From positions 349,804,001 to 349,868,000 of the forward strand of contig OZ024742.1 in NCBI GenBank assembly GCA_964016885.1: 64,000 bases of DNA, in the 5' to 3' direction. Position 1 is the first letter of the stretch, and each line of letters begins with the position of its first letter. This DNA comes from Eledone cirrhosa (lineage: Eukaryota). The notes beneath the pieces are model-generated. The model was not told the DNA's origin and ran no database searches. It worked only from the letters and a program-made list of their open reading frames with translations. Positions 41,520 through 54,625 of the stretch are shown here, piece after piece. The position numbers were made by a program, and so were the translations under genes.

Positions 41520-42299
41520 ATACAGACATAGATAGACAGAGAGAAGCATTCATTGGTGATATTCTGATCACGAATTAGAAATATCTGAGAATCGATATTT
41601 CCTTTGACAGAAATTGTTGAAAACGAATTGCGGCGCTGTTCGTGTGGAACGGAGCAGTTGATAGCTGTTTAGTGAGAGACAAGACTGGGCTAATGGTGGG
41701 TAGAGATGAGAGAGGGGGTATGGGGTAGAGGGGAGAGAGAAGGGGGGAGTGAGAAGAGATGGGGGAGAGGTGGAGAGAGAGAGAAGGAGAGAGAGAAGGG
41801 GAAGGGAGGTTGAGAGAGAGGGGGGATAGGGAGAGGGATAGGGGGTAGAGGGGAGAGAGAGGGGAATAGAGAGAAGAAGAGATGGGGGGGGAGAGAGGGG
41901 GGGGAGAACGACGGGAGAGACAGAGAAGAAGAGAGAGGAGGAAGGGAGGTGGAGAGAGAGAAGGAGATAGAGAGGGAGATAGAGAAGGGAAGGGAGGTGG
42001 AGAGAGAGAAGGAGGTTAATACATATACATGTGGTCATGCTTACATACATACACACATACACACACATACACACATAAACACACACATATATAGACGTAC
42101 ATATACATTGATACACACATACATAGACACATTTACAATCAGACATACACATACACACAGCCTGCCACACACACACATACACATACACACATCCAGCCAC
42201 ACACACACAGACACATACACACACAGACATACACACAGACATATACACACAGACATATACACACACATTTCTATATATGTATGTACACACACAGACATA

Positions 42300-43117
42300 C
42301 AGACATGTCTATATATATGTACATACACATGTCTATATATATGTACCCACACATGTCTATATATATGTACACACACATGTCTATATATATGTACACACAC
42401 ATGTCTATATATATGTACACACACATGTCTATATATATGTACCCACACATGTCTATATATATGTACACACACATGTCTATAGTATGTACATACACATGTC
42501 TATATATATGTACACACACATGTCTATATATATGTACATACACATGTCTATATATATGTACACACACATGTCTATATATATGTACACACACATGTCTATA
42601 TATATGTATACACACATGTCTATATATATGTACACACACATGTCTATAGTATGTACATACACATGTCTATATATATGTACACACACACATGTCTATATAT
42701 ATGTATACACACATGTCTATATATATGTACACACACATGTCTATATATATGTACACACACATGTCTATAGTATGTACATACACATGTCTATATATATGTA
42801 CACACACATGTCTATATATATGTACACACGCATGTCTATAGTATGTACATACACATGTCTATATATATGTACACACACATGTCTATATATATGTACACAC
42901 ACATGTCTATATATATGTACACACACATGTCTATATATATGTACACACACATGTCTATATATATGTACACACACATGTCTATATATATATGTACACACAC
43001 ATGTCTATATATATGTACACACACATGTCTATAGTATGTACATACACATGTCTATATATATGTACACACACATGTCTATATATATGTACACACACATGTC
43101 TATATATATGTACACAC
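42300..43117. repeat. 24-bp minisatellite (ACACACATGTCTATATATATGTAC) with periodic shorter variant units (CTATAGTATG)
   Basis: Directly visible, ~34 units. Confidence 0.95.
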
Positions 43118-43432
43118 TGCTAAATTATTCTTGTTGATTTTGACTGGGAAGAAACTAAAAGAATGACTAAGACACATGCAGGAAAAAGACAGAGAGAGAC
43201 ACTCTTATGCAAATAGATATTTGCATATATATATATTTGCATATATATATATTTGCATATATATATTTATATATAGTAATAATAATAAATTGTACATATA
43301 GCATACAAACATTTCTGTCTATATACGTACTGACAAGCACATGTGCATGCATGCATTTATTTAAAGATATATGTATGTATGTATTATATATGATTGTATG
43401 TGTCCATATGTATGAGTGTATGTGTACATACA

Positions 43433-43513
<81 letters not shown>

Positions 43514-44117
43514 TCTATGTATAATTACATATGTGCATATATATGACGGAAAAGAACGAAAAGTTGCATAAATGACCTTTTTGTAGTTGTCGGACGTGAT
43601 TCTAATGGAACATAAGGACATTTGAATAGTAAAGATTGAGGGAGAGACAAAGAAAGATAGAAAGGTAAAGGAGAGAAAGACAAAGAAAGATAAAGAGGTA
43701 AATGGATTTAGTAACTATTTTTCGATTCTCTTAAATAAAGAGAAAAATACTAACGGTGTTTAAAATGCAACTGCAAGACCGCCATCATAGTCAAATGGAC
43801 AAGATGGAGTCCTGTGGTTTACTAGACTAAAATATTAACGACGTTTATCTTACAACTGCAAGACCACCATCACAGTTAAATGGATAAGATAGTAAAGTTT
43901 ATACCTATGTAGAGATAATCTTATATATAATATATTGTTCTGTTTCTGTTTCACGATGAGATGTCAATTCTAACGTTTCGAACCGAGAATTACTCTGAAG
44001 AAATGATAGAAATTCTTATTTCTGCAAATAAAGGTCATAGATCTGTCATGATTTATTTCTTTTAACGGCTTACAAACTTAACAACCAACAAACAAATCTC
44101 CTTCAATTATCTTAAAA

Positions 44118-44260
44118 TAATGGTTCTGATTTAGGCACAAGGTCAGCAATTTTGGGGGAGGGGAATGGCGATTAAATCGACCCCAGTGCATTACTGGTAC
44201 TTATTTGATCGACCCCATAAAGATGAAAGGCAAAGCTAACCTCGGCGGGATTTGAACACA
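44118..44260 (-). mobile_element. SINE copy (partial)
   Basis: ttaggcacaagg..tcgaccccagtgcattactggtact..ggcaaagctaacctcggcgggatttgaac. Confidence 0.8.
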
Positions 44261-45181
44261 ATTCCGTCTTAAGATAAAGATATTTTCAACAGCGTGGTCC
44301 CAGATATACATAACAATGAGATAATGAAAGATGGGACACTTTTGATCGTAGGTCACTTCAATCAGAGCTTACCTAGGGCGAAAGTGTTTCATTTAAATGA
44401 TTTAGACTTGTTTATTTTCATATCGATTATAATTGAAGATTTATCGGTTTAAACCTAAAAGACATGTTAAACCTAAAAGACATGTTTTGATACTTCCTGC
44501 ATTAAATGTCTTAAAACGTAGCTATCATTTTATGCAGATACATCTAAGAGTACTTTATTATGTGTGGTTTTTCAACACGAACAAGAATACATTTGTGTAG
44601 ATTTAGTCCAATACTGTCAACACTACTTCACCGTAGACACTGAACGAATGTATGAAGACGCTTTGTGTTTCATATATCTCTTACTGCAGCATTGATGTGC
44701 GACATGAATCAACTTTGAACTAAAAACAAAAAGACCCCAAGAATTTCCAGGTGAAAGGGTTCGAGAAATTATCTGTAATCTGTCCTTTACTTTCTGGTTT
44801 TAATCTGTTACTCCATCTTGTTTTTTGTACGCTCCACAAAACAAAAAAAAAACAAAACAAGATGGAGGATCAGATTAAAACCAGAAAGAAGAGGAGGCAC
44901 AAAAAGAACAAATAGTCATTGAGGAGGTCATAGATTGTATCTATAATCTCTTATATGAAATTTCTCTGGAAAAGTCGTCGTTCTCCAACTACGTCGAAGT
45001 TCATATCACCCTGCAAGCTTTCATAGAATAGAAGGGTAGATAATCCGCCGATGCAATTGTCTAGAGAGAGCTGTAACCACCTAGTAATATTTCTCATGCT
45101 AAATTTGTATCCTTGGTCTATGCCTAACCTATTGTGCAAATCAGTGTCATATGTTTATAATCGATGTCTACACATAAGACA

Positions 45182-45510
45182 CGGCGGCGAATTGGCAACG
45201 TCATTAGAACGTCAGGTAGAGTGTTTTGTGGTATTCATTCCAACTCTCTGCTCTCTCATTTCAAATTCCACCGAGGTTAACTTAGCCTTTACTTCTTTCG
45301 AGGTCGATAAAATGTGCCAGTCAAGTACTGGGAACGATTCTTCTTCTATATCTCGTTCTCACTGTCTCTGTCCCACTTTCTGTTCTCTGGAAGAAATCTG
45401 CTGAATTCAGACCTGGAGAGGAAAGGACACAACCAGGCTTAAACAATGACCACGAAACGCCCTATGCCAACACGGCGCCCATACGTCTCCATCAGCAGTT
45501 AAGGGACCAT
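45182..45510 (+). mobile_element. SINE head joined to a structured ~130-bp tail; related copies at ~46460-46655 and 47738-48025
   Basis: Shared block ttctctggaagaaatc..ctg..gacctggagag..ccagg..aacgcc..cgactccaccag in three same-strand copies. Confidence 0.6.
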
Positions 45511-45792
45511 CCATACTATACACCTGACTAGCACACAGAAAACCTTATAGATGTAGATGTAGCAATATCTACCTGTACATGATAAGTCTTGGTATAGCAA
45601 GTGTTCTCATCATGACGTTTCATCGATCCCTTCCTGTCAACGTATTTCAGAATGAGATAAACCGCCATATTGTTCCAGTTCCTAACCACATGCGTATCTC
45701 GGGCAAACCCTAACCCAGATTTCAAACATTTATCAGTATTTACTTTTCTGTTTACCTGCCAAAATGAAAGCCTTATTTGACTTAATCTAGTT

Positions 45793-45855
45793 AACCCTAA
45801 CCCTAACCCTAAACCTAACCCTAACCCTAATCCTAACCCTAACCCTAACCCTAAC
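45793..45855. repeat. Interstitial telomere-like (CCCTAA)n, ~10 units with variants
   Basis: taaccctaaccctaaccctaaacctaaccctaaccctaatcctaaccctaaccctaaccctaac. Confidence 0.9.
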
Positions 45856-46850
45856 ACTAGTAGAGGAAGATCTGAGTGGAGGTGGTGAGATCTGAAATCC
45901 CTGAAGCTGTGGAGGAATGGTGCGCTCAAAATGAAACATCTAACACAATCAAGTGTCAAACGAGGGGCGTAAAATGGCGATAATGTCCTAAAATTATGAT
46001 AAACTTGTAGACGTCAATGTCTTCTTTACTGTAGAATAATTGATATTTATTGTCTATAGATGCTTAGTAATTATTGGTATTGTTATTGAGTATTGATGGT
46101 GAAGATTATCAGCAGATGTAGTGAGATATAGCCGATATCATCTAATACACGATGTTAGTAGCTTTATTCTTCTGATCAATCCGATTTTTATCTATGCCAA
46201 GGTCAGCATCTAAGCTTGCAACACTATGTCTGCAAACCTGGTAATTAGATCATGCATGGAACACCTTTGATCATAGGTTCACTTGATTAGGTCTCAGCTG
46301 GAAGTGAAACAGCAGAAACATCAACATTCCTAATACTTCCATATATCTCCAAAATTCTTCAATACAACCACAACTATTATCATTAACATAAGTGAAACAT
46401 TACAACCACCAATAGCAACTACCTCTATCACCAAACAAAATGATGTTAGCAGAGAAAAGTTTTGCCTTTCATCCTTTTGGCGTCGATTTTTCTGGAATAT
46501 CTCTTTCTCATTTCATCTCTTTCTCTCCTTCTCTGAAAAAAAATCTGCTGTACTGAGGCCTGGAGAGGGATGCGCTCCGCCAGTTTTAAAAATGCTCTAA
46601 GTAACACCGTATGTCAATACGGTGCTCCTTCGACTCCATCAGGTGTTACGGTATCAAACCATTTCATACCATACAAAAACTGTCGACAATAAAACAGGAC
46701 CAGACATAGCTGTGTGGTAAAAATATAAACTGCAAGGTACAGAACAAGTATGAAATACACTTCACCACTAATTTACCAATATGTTATCAATATGTTATGA
46801 AGAGAAATTATATAGAGGCTTAAAGACATATATTTAGTCGGAATTAAAAC

Positions 46851-47275
46851 CTGGTGGATTGGCAGTATCAATAGAGAGTCGGATACCATGCTTTGACGCA
46901 TAGAGCTACGGCTCTTGCCATTCTGAGTTCAAATCCCGCCGAGGTTAACTTTGCCTTTCATCTTTTCGGGGTCGATATCATAAAGTACCAGTAATGCACT
47001 GGGTAATTCCTGGCCTTGTGCCAAATGTAGAAACAATTATTTAAATAAATAGGGTGGTGGATTGGCAGTCATCGGTAGAGGGTCGGACAACATGCTTTAT
47101 GGCATAGAGTTACGGTCCTTTACGCTCTGAGTTCAAATCCAGCCGAGGTTAGCTTTGTCTTTCATCTTTACGGAATCGATAAAATAAAGTACCAGTAGTG
47201 CACTGGGGTCTAATTAATCGACATTTCCCTCCCCTTCAAATTGTTGGCCTTGTGTCTAAAGTAAAAACCATTATT
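46851..47275 (+). mobile_element. Two tandem tRNA-derived SINE copies (46851-47040, 47053-47275)
   Basis: ggtggattggcagt A-box-like start, gagttcaaatcc B-box, conserved body ending gtagaaacaattatt. Confidence 0.85.
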
Positions 47276-47504
47276 TAAATAAATCTTTACAGAGTAATGG
47301 AATTATTTTATCTGTTTTATTGTTGTGATTGCAGCATATTATGTGGATGGATCGAACATATGTGCCAGGGTTGAGAAGTGTAACCTCATGCAGCATTTAG
47401 AGATACTGAACAAATAATAAAGGATGTTTTTAAAGTGTAGAATTGAGAAATCAAATATCTTTGAGAATCTGTTCTAGCTACAACTGTAAAACTGCAGGGA
47501 AATA

Positions 47505-47690
47505 TAATTGTTTCTACTTTTGGCACAAGGCCAGCAATTATCCCAGCGCATTACTGGTACTTATTTTATCGACCCCGAAAGGATGAAAAGCAAAGCTAAC
47601 CTCGGTGGGATTTGAACTCAGAATGGCAAGGGCCGTGACTCTATGCGTCAAAGCATGGCGTCCGACCCTCTACCGATACTGCCAATCCAT
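47505..47690 (-). mobile_element. SINE copy
   Basis: Reverse complement of 46851-47040. Confidence 0.85.
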
Positions 47691-48094
47691 AAAATAGTAA
47701 ATATTTAGGCAAAGATATTGTAACAGTAAATAGTTAGGCAGGCAGCGAATTGGCAGAGTCGTTAGAACGTCAGATAGAATGCTTTATGGTATTAGTTCCT
47801 GCTTTCTGCTCTCTGAGTTCAAATCCCACTGAGGTCAACTTTCAAAGATGATAACAAAGTACCAGTCAAGTACTGGAGTCGATTCTTCCTCTATATCTCT
47901 TTTTCACTTCCTTTCTATCGTTCTCTGGAAGAAATCACCTGTTTTCAGACCTGGAGAGTGAAAGACTCCGCCAGGAACGCCGTTTGCCACTAAGCCGTCT
48001 CTACGACTCCACCAGGAATTACTGGTTCATACATACATACACATATTTAAGCACAAATATTCTAACAGTAAATATTTAGACACAAGGTCAGCAA

Positions 48095-48350
48095 TTTGGG
48101 TGGAAGTGAAGGTCATTTTATAGAACGACTTCAGTATTTGGGTGGAAGTGAAGGTCATTTTATAGAACGACTCCAGTATTTGGGTGGAAGTGAAGGTCAT
48201 TTTATAGAACGACTCCGGTATTTGGGTGGAAGTGAAGGTCATTTTATAGAACGACTCCAGTATTTGGGTGGAAGTGAAGGTCATTTTATAGAACGACTCC
48301 AGTATTTGGGTTAAAGTGAAGGTCATTTTATAGAACGTCTTCAGTATTTG
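48095..48350. repeat. 42-bp minisatellite (6 copies) inside a minus-strand SINE (48075-48490)
   Basis: Unit tttgggtggaagtgaaggtcattttatagaacgactccagta; flanks continue as SINE (cacaaggtcagcaa ... ggatgaaaagtaaagtt). Confidence 0.9.
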
Positions 48351-48504
48351 ACTCGTATTTTATTTCCTCGACCCAGGAAGGATGAAAAGTAAAGTTGTCC
48401 TCGATAGGATTTGATCCCTGAAAATAATGAACCAGAAAAATACCACAAAGGTATTTTACCTGACATTTAACCATAACTGCCAATCCATTACCTTTGTGGC
48501 AGTA

Positions 48505-48695
48505 AATAATTGTTCTACATTTGGCACTAGGCCAGCAATTACTCAGTGTATTACTGGTACTTTATTTTATCGACCCCGTAAGGATGAAAAGCAAAGTTAA
48601 CCTCGGTGAGATTTGAACTCAGATCATAAAGGGCCGTAACTCTTTGCTGCACAGCATGGCGTCCGGCCCTCTACTGTTACTGCCAACCCACCGCC
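48505..48695 (-). mobile_element. SINE copy
   Basis: Reverse complement of the family consensus, ending tgccaacccaccgcc. Confidence 0.85.
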
Positions 48696-49077
48696 TCTTG
48701 GCAGTAAATAATATTAGTCTGCCACAGCTTAATTGACAACTGAAATATGACATCAATGATAAATAAGTATTGAAACTCAGCACCTGTTGAACCACCTATC
48801 TCACACAAAGAACATTATAATAGCAACGGAATGGAAAATTAATTGGAAATAAATAAACATACTAGCGCAAGAAAGTCAGCTTAGAGTATATTTTCCTGTC
48901 CGATTACAAACATGCACACAAATGTACACAGATGCACATACATACATATGCAGATAAAGACATACACACACACACATGCATTATTGCAACTAGAGTTCCA
49001 TTGTTATAATAAAATAGACTTCACTCTACTCACATATCTCTCTCTCTGTCCCCTCCCCCCTCTCTCTATCTCCCTCT

Positions 49078-49126
<49 letters not shown>

Positions 49127-49128
<2 letters not shown>

Positions 49129-49608
49129 TTTATCCCGGGTTCAATTGGGGGTAACCACAGTAAGTAAGTTACTCAATACAAAGCAGGGTATACATATTTA
49201 ATATAGAAAAGGCTTCTACAAGACTGTTTCATTCGGGAGAAATCATCAGGAAACAGCTGTCCAAGTAAGATGGTGCTATTTATATCTTTTCTGGTGGTAG
49301 GAGAGGGTGGTGATTGGGATGGGTGGAGGTCATTGGTTGATGGGTTTAAAGAAAAGGGAATTCTTTAAAAAAGAGTGAACCTTTCTATAGAATTCTTTCT
49401 GCTTTTGTTACTCTAAATTTAGTTCTTAAAGGATTCCCATTTCTTTAAACCCACCAACCAATGACCTCCACCCATCCCAAGCACCACCCTCTCCTACCAC
49501 CAGAAAAGATATAAATAGCACCATCTTACTTGGACAGCTGTTTCCTGATAATTTCTCCCGAATGAAACAGTTCTAGTCCTGTAGAAGCCTTTCTATATTA
49601 AATATGTC
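49127..49608. mobile_element. Inverted-repeat element (arms ~49192-49368 and ~49425-49606) plus tail, in (TA)n, hammerhead-bearing
   Basis: Arms are reverse complements, e.g. cagctgtccaagtaagatggtgctatttatatc / gatataaatagcaccatcttacttggacagctg. Confidence 0.85.
49212..49254 (-). ncRNA. Minimal hammerhead ribozyme fold; mirrored copy 49540-49588 (+) has a G8A change
   Basis: gtttc-CTGATGA-tttctcccgaat-GAAA-cagtcttg-TA-gaagc. Confidence 0.7.
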
Positions 49609-49842
49609 TAAATATATATATATATATAGGAGTCGATTGACTTTCGTCAAATCGGACCGAGGAAACAATGTTTCCATTGGTATTTCCAATTGCTAATGCT
49701 ATCTATCGGTCGCAACTCCAGGTAGAAGGAGCAACGTGAAATAAAGTGTCTTGCGCAAAGACATAACGAATCAACTGGTCCAGGAATCGTACTCACAACC
49801 TCAAGTTTGTGAATCCAATTCTCTAACCATTCAGCGACGCGT

Positions 49843-50128
<286 letters not shown>

Positions 50129-50242
50129 GGAGGTGAGTTTTATTGTAGTACAATAAAGCAATGCAGATATCGGATAAGAAGCACTCTACAGTTTGTAGGA
50201 CTGGAGTATACATAATATATTATATATATATATATATATATA

Positions 50243-50435
50243 ACGAAGGAAATGTGGTAAGGAACCAGGTGGACCATAACGCACCAAAGTACTCAATACT
50301 TAGGGTAGTAGAGTGGGTAATAGGAACGAGTAGGACCCCGACGGCTGACCTCAAGCCGTTTCGACGGCTATTTCTGGACAGTCCAGAACTAGCCGTCGAA
50401 ACGGCTTGAGCTCAGCCGTCGGGGTTCTACTCGTT

Positions 50436-50440
<5 letters not shown>
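50243..50440. mobile_element. Second copy of the 41195-41391 fold-back element
   Basis: Same tail (gtggtaaggaaccag.tggaccataac) and palindrome at 50320-50440; (TA)n flanks. Confidence 0.85.
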
Positions 50441-50510
<70 letters not shown>

Positions 50511-50511
50511 G

Positions 50512-50700
50512 TTATTAAGACTAAATAGAGAGTCATATTACTCTGGAGTTTCACCTGTCTCTCTCAGTCATCAGACAAGGCGAGAAACAAACGAAACTCA
50601 AGAGTAACAAGACCAGCTATTTAGTCTTAATAAATGAATATTAGAACTCGACTTCCATATTGGGTACGTTTCTCTCTCGGTCGTCAACTGCATTCGGATA
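50512..50700. mobile_element. Short inverted-repeat element (50512-50633) with a hammerhead core on the minus strand, plus tail
   Basis: ttattaagactaaatag ... ctatttagtcttaataa; minus strand cttgt-CTGATGA-ctgagagagacaggt-GAAA-ctccagag-TA; the plus arm retains GAAA-ctcaagag-TA-acaag. Confidence 0.7.
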
Positions 50701-50709
50701 CATACATAA

Positions 50710-50839
<130 letters not shown>

Positions 50840-51486
50840 GTTCACATTCACAGACATTCGCATACATGTACATATATAGATATACACATGCGTACACACA
50901 CAGACATATATAAATATATAAATATATAAATATATATATACACACATACATATATAATCCGTTTGTCAATGAAATAATTTTACGATTTTTCGATTTCCTT
51001 TCGCACCAGATTTTCAACAATAGCAGAAAAATAGAGAAAAGAAACTGGAATGAAAAATTTATATCCAGAAACAAAGATTGGAAAATAAAGATTAGGAAAA
51101 GTAAATACAATTATAGAAAAAACAAAGGGTTGGGAACGTTGGTGAAAGTAGTGTATTTTATTTCATTGACAGAATTTTCTGCTTTCACAAGTCTCGAAAT
51201 TTCTACGTAGACAATTGAAAAAAAAATTGCTTTACACAAACAATAGCTATTCTCTCAGTTTGAATAAGAAACAGGCCGCCCGCCACCACCACACCATCAT
51301 CCCCACCACAGCCCCACCATCACCGCCACCACCACCCCGCCGCATCCCCGCCATCAACCCCGCCATCCCCACCTCCCAGACAAGATTATCTATTATTGTA
51401 TTTCAATTTGAATTTAATCATTGTAATTAACATGAGACGAAAGCACATTTCACTGTTTAAAATCCCACAGACACACACACAGACAT

Positions 51487-51601
<115 letters not shown>

Positions 51602-51985
51602 TATACACAGACACAGACGCACACACACACACATAGACGCACAGACACACAGACACACATACATACAGACACACACAGACACAGACACACACACACATAC
51701 ACATTCACACACACACACAGACAGACACACGCTCACACACATATATATATACATATATATGCTTAAATATATTATATACATAGATACACACCCACACATA
51801 TATCTATATACATATATATGCTTATATATATTATATATTATATACATAGATACATAGATACACACACACATGTATATATATATATATATATATATACATG
51901 TAAATATATATATATACATATATGTGCTTATATATATTATATACATAGATACACACACACACACACACACATTTATATATGTATG

Positions 51986-52064
<79 letters not shown>

Positions 52065-52344
52065 TTATACCAATATTTATTATACTTGATCAAAGTAAAG
52101 TAAACAGAAGACAGAAGAAAAAAAGAAGAAAAAGAGAATTAGGTGAAAAGTTTTTTGTTTATTTAAAAGAAAATTGAATAAACCCTTGGCTTAGAAGTTG
52201 AATTAAATTTATATAAAAATACCTCAATAAAATATATTGTCAACCACAGCAATAACAATAACAAGAACTGGACCTAAAGTATGGGAACACATTGTAGCAC
52301 AAAATATGGAAATATTTGTTAATGTTCAATGGTTCCATATTTTC

Positions 52345-52416
<72 letters not shown>

Positions 52417-52493
52417 CGCTTTCTGTCTGACGCGTGAAACATCGCCGGTAAGATTTGGAAATATTTGTTAATGTTCAATGGTTCCATATTTTC

Positions 52494-52565
<72 letters not shown>

Positions 52566-52756
52566 CGCTTTCTGTCTGACGCGTGAAACATCGCCGGTAA
52601 GATTTTTTTGTTAATTTATATACGAAAAACAGAACAATTATTTGAAAAAATATATTATTTTGTAGATTAACCCCCAAGCTGAATTGTCAGCTGGGTGGTA
52701 ATCTCATTTTATTTTAAAAATTGTTTTAAAATACCAAATTTTGCAAACTAAATAAC

Positions 52757-54583
52757 TTGAACAACACAAGAACGCTGGAGAACGTCAATAGAGAAGAGAG
52801 AGAGAAAGAGGCAGATATTAACGTTATATCTGCTTCTGCTACTATGGACGTCGCCATAGATACGACTGTCAACAAAGAGGAAAAAATATTACCACTTGAA
52901 GATTTTAAAATGTCTACCGTCGAAGCGGAGAAAAATAACACTAACACACAGAAAAACACAGGAATTAAACCCATTAACATACATACACATGAAAAAGACA
53001 TCAACAACTCCACAGATACATCTACACATAATGTTTCACCTCGTCAAGAAACTGAGATTTCCAACACCGAGGCTAACAACGACAACAACAACAACAACAA
53101 CAACAGCAACACCACACAAAAAAAAAATGTCTTTCGCTGAAACAGTGAACAAAAAACAAGATTTTATAAATCTTGATATCTCCAATGCAAGAGATATGCT
53201 CCAGCAAGGGAGAACATTTGTAACTTTCGAAGAAAAAGGTGGGTTTAGAATTAACTCACCCCTTGAAATAAAGGAAGACACAATTCGCAGATCAGTCACC
53301 TTTAGGACTGTGTCAAATTCCACAAGAAAGCCGACATTTGTTAGCCAAGCAGATATAGAAGCTACTTTCAAGGAAATTCTAGCAAATATCGATTTTCTCC
53401 AGCGAGGAAAACAGTACGGAAGTGTTTCCGTACTGTTTAAAAGCGAGGCACTCGCCCAAAAACATTATGTGACACCAATGGTGTCAAAAGCATACACCTT
53501 TTCCCCTACATACATGGGAAAAAAGACACAAAAAATAAAAATAAAAAACATATCCCCAAACATTAACATCTGGTGGATCTTGGCTGGCTTCGTAGAGCCA
53601 GAAACTGATATGATTCTTTCGATACGAAAATCTATTCGACAAAGGTGGGCGGGTACTGATTTGGAGATTCTGTTGCAAATGAAACCGTAGAGAATCTCCA
53701 AAATACCCGAAAGAGTCGTCATCGATGATAACAACAAAATAAACATTTCGGTAGAAGGACGAAAATTTCATTGCTTTCGCTGTGGTAGCACAGTATACCT
53801 AAAAGCCTCTTGTCCACAAACACACAACAACAACATCATTAAAAAAAACACTATTACCAACACCAACACCAAAACAACCACCACCACCACAAGTACAACG
53901 ACAGACGAAACGAGCAACCACACCAAACAGACACTCAACTAACAACAACAGAAAAAACAGAGACAACACCCCTGAAGAACACAGCCCCACTCCATCCCAC
54001 TCCATCAAATACTACCACAAACACACACACCGAAACACCATCACCACACAACATACCCCTATCCCACACACCTGACGATAATTATTCATCATCTGATGAA
54101 GCTGCTTCTCCTTCTTTAAGTGAAGAAGAGGGAGAGCCGTGGAAATCTAAAAACAAAAAAAGAGACACCACAAAACCCCCAAATCTCCAATCACCAATAC
54201 CATCACACAACCACAGACACAAACAACAAAGAAAACTCCCGGACGAACAACAAACTGAAACAACACAACAAAAACACAAACAACAATACGCATACATCAA
54301 CACAAACAACAAGAGTTTGATGGAGGTCATCTCCCAAAACCCCAAGGTGGAGACGGAGGGCAAAACTTTCGTCAAGGCAGAATCGTCTCCACACCTTAAA
54401 CTTATAAGGGTTTCTATGGAGATATATAGTGACCTAAAAAATAAATTTTCACAGGACGTGGGCAACCCCTGCCAGAAACCCATCAACCGCATCCTGTTAA
54501 AATATTTCCCCACCCCACCCAACATCCCATCCAGCACCCAAATGGAGATTGAACAACCGGATCTCCAGGAAACGAAAAGGTAA
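52757..54583 (+). pseudogene. ORF1 of element E
   Basis: QRGKQYGSVSVLFKSEALA; CFRCGSTVYLKASC (decayed knuckle); C-terminal MEIEQPDL like A (MEVEQPDL). Start uncertain. Confidence 0.78.
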
Positions 54584-54625
54584 GTGCACCTTTTCGTCCT
54601 TTTTCTCCAACTTTTCTTCACCAAC

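Noticed and set aside
46851-47040. tRNA gene
   Set aside because: A/B-box-like head without a cloverleaf, followed by a conserved body in many dispersed copies, so it is a SINE.
50964-51171. 14-bp inverted repeat tgtcaatgaaataa / ttatttcattgaca as MITE ends
   Set aside because: Short and AT-rich, with no clear TSD and no second copy in the window.
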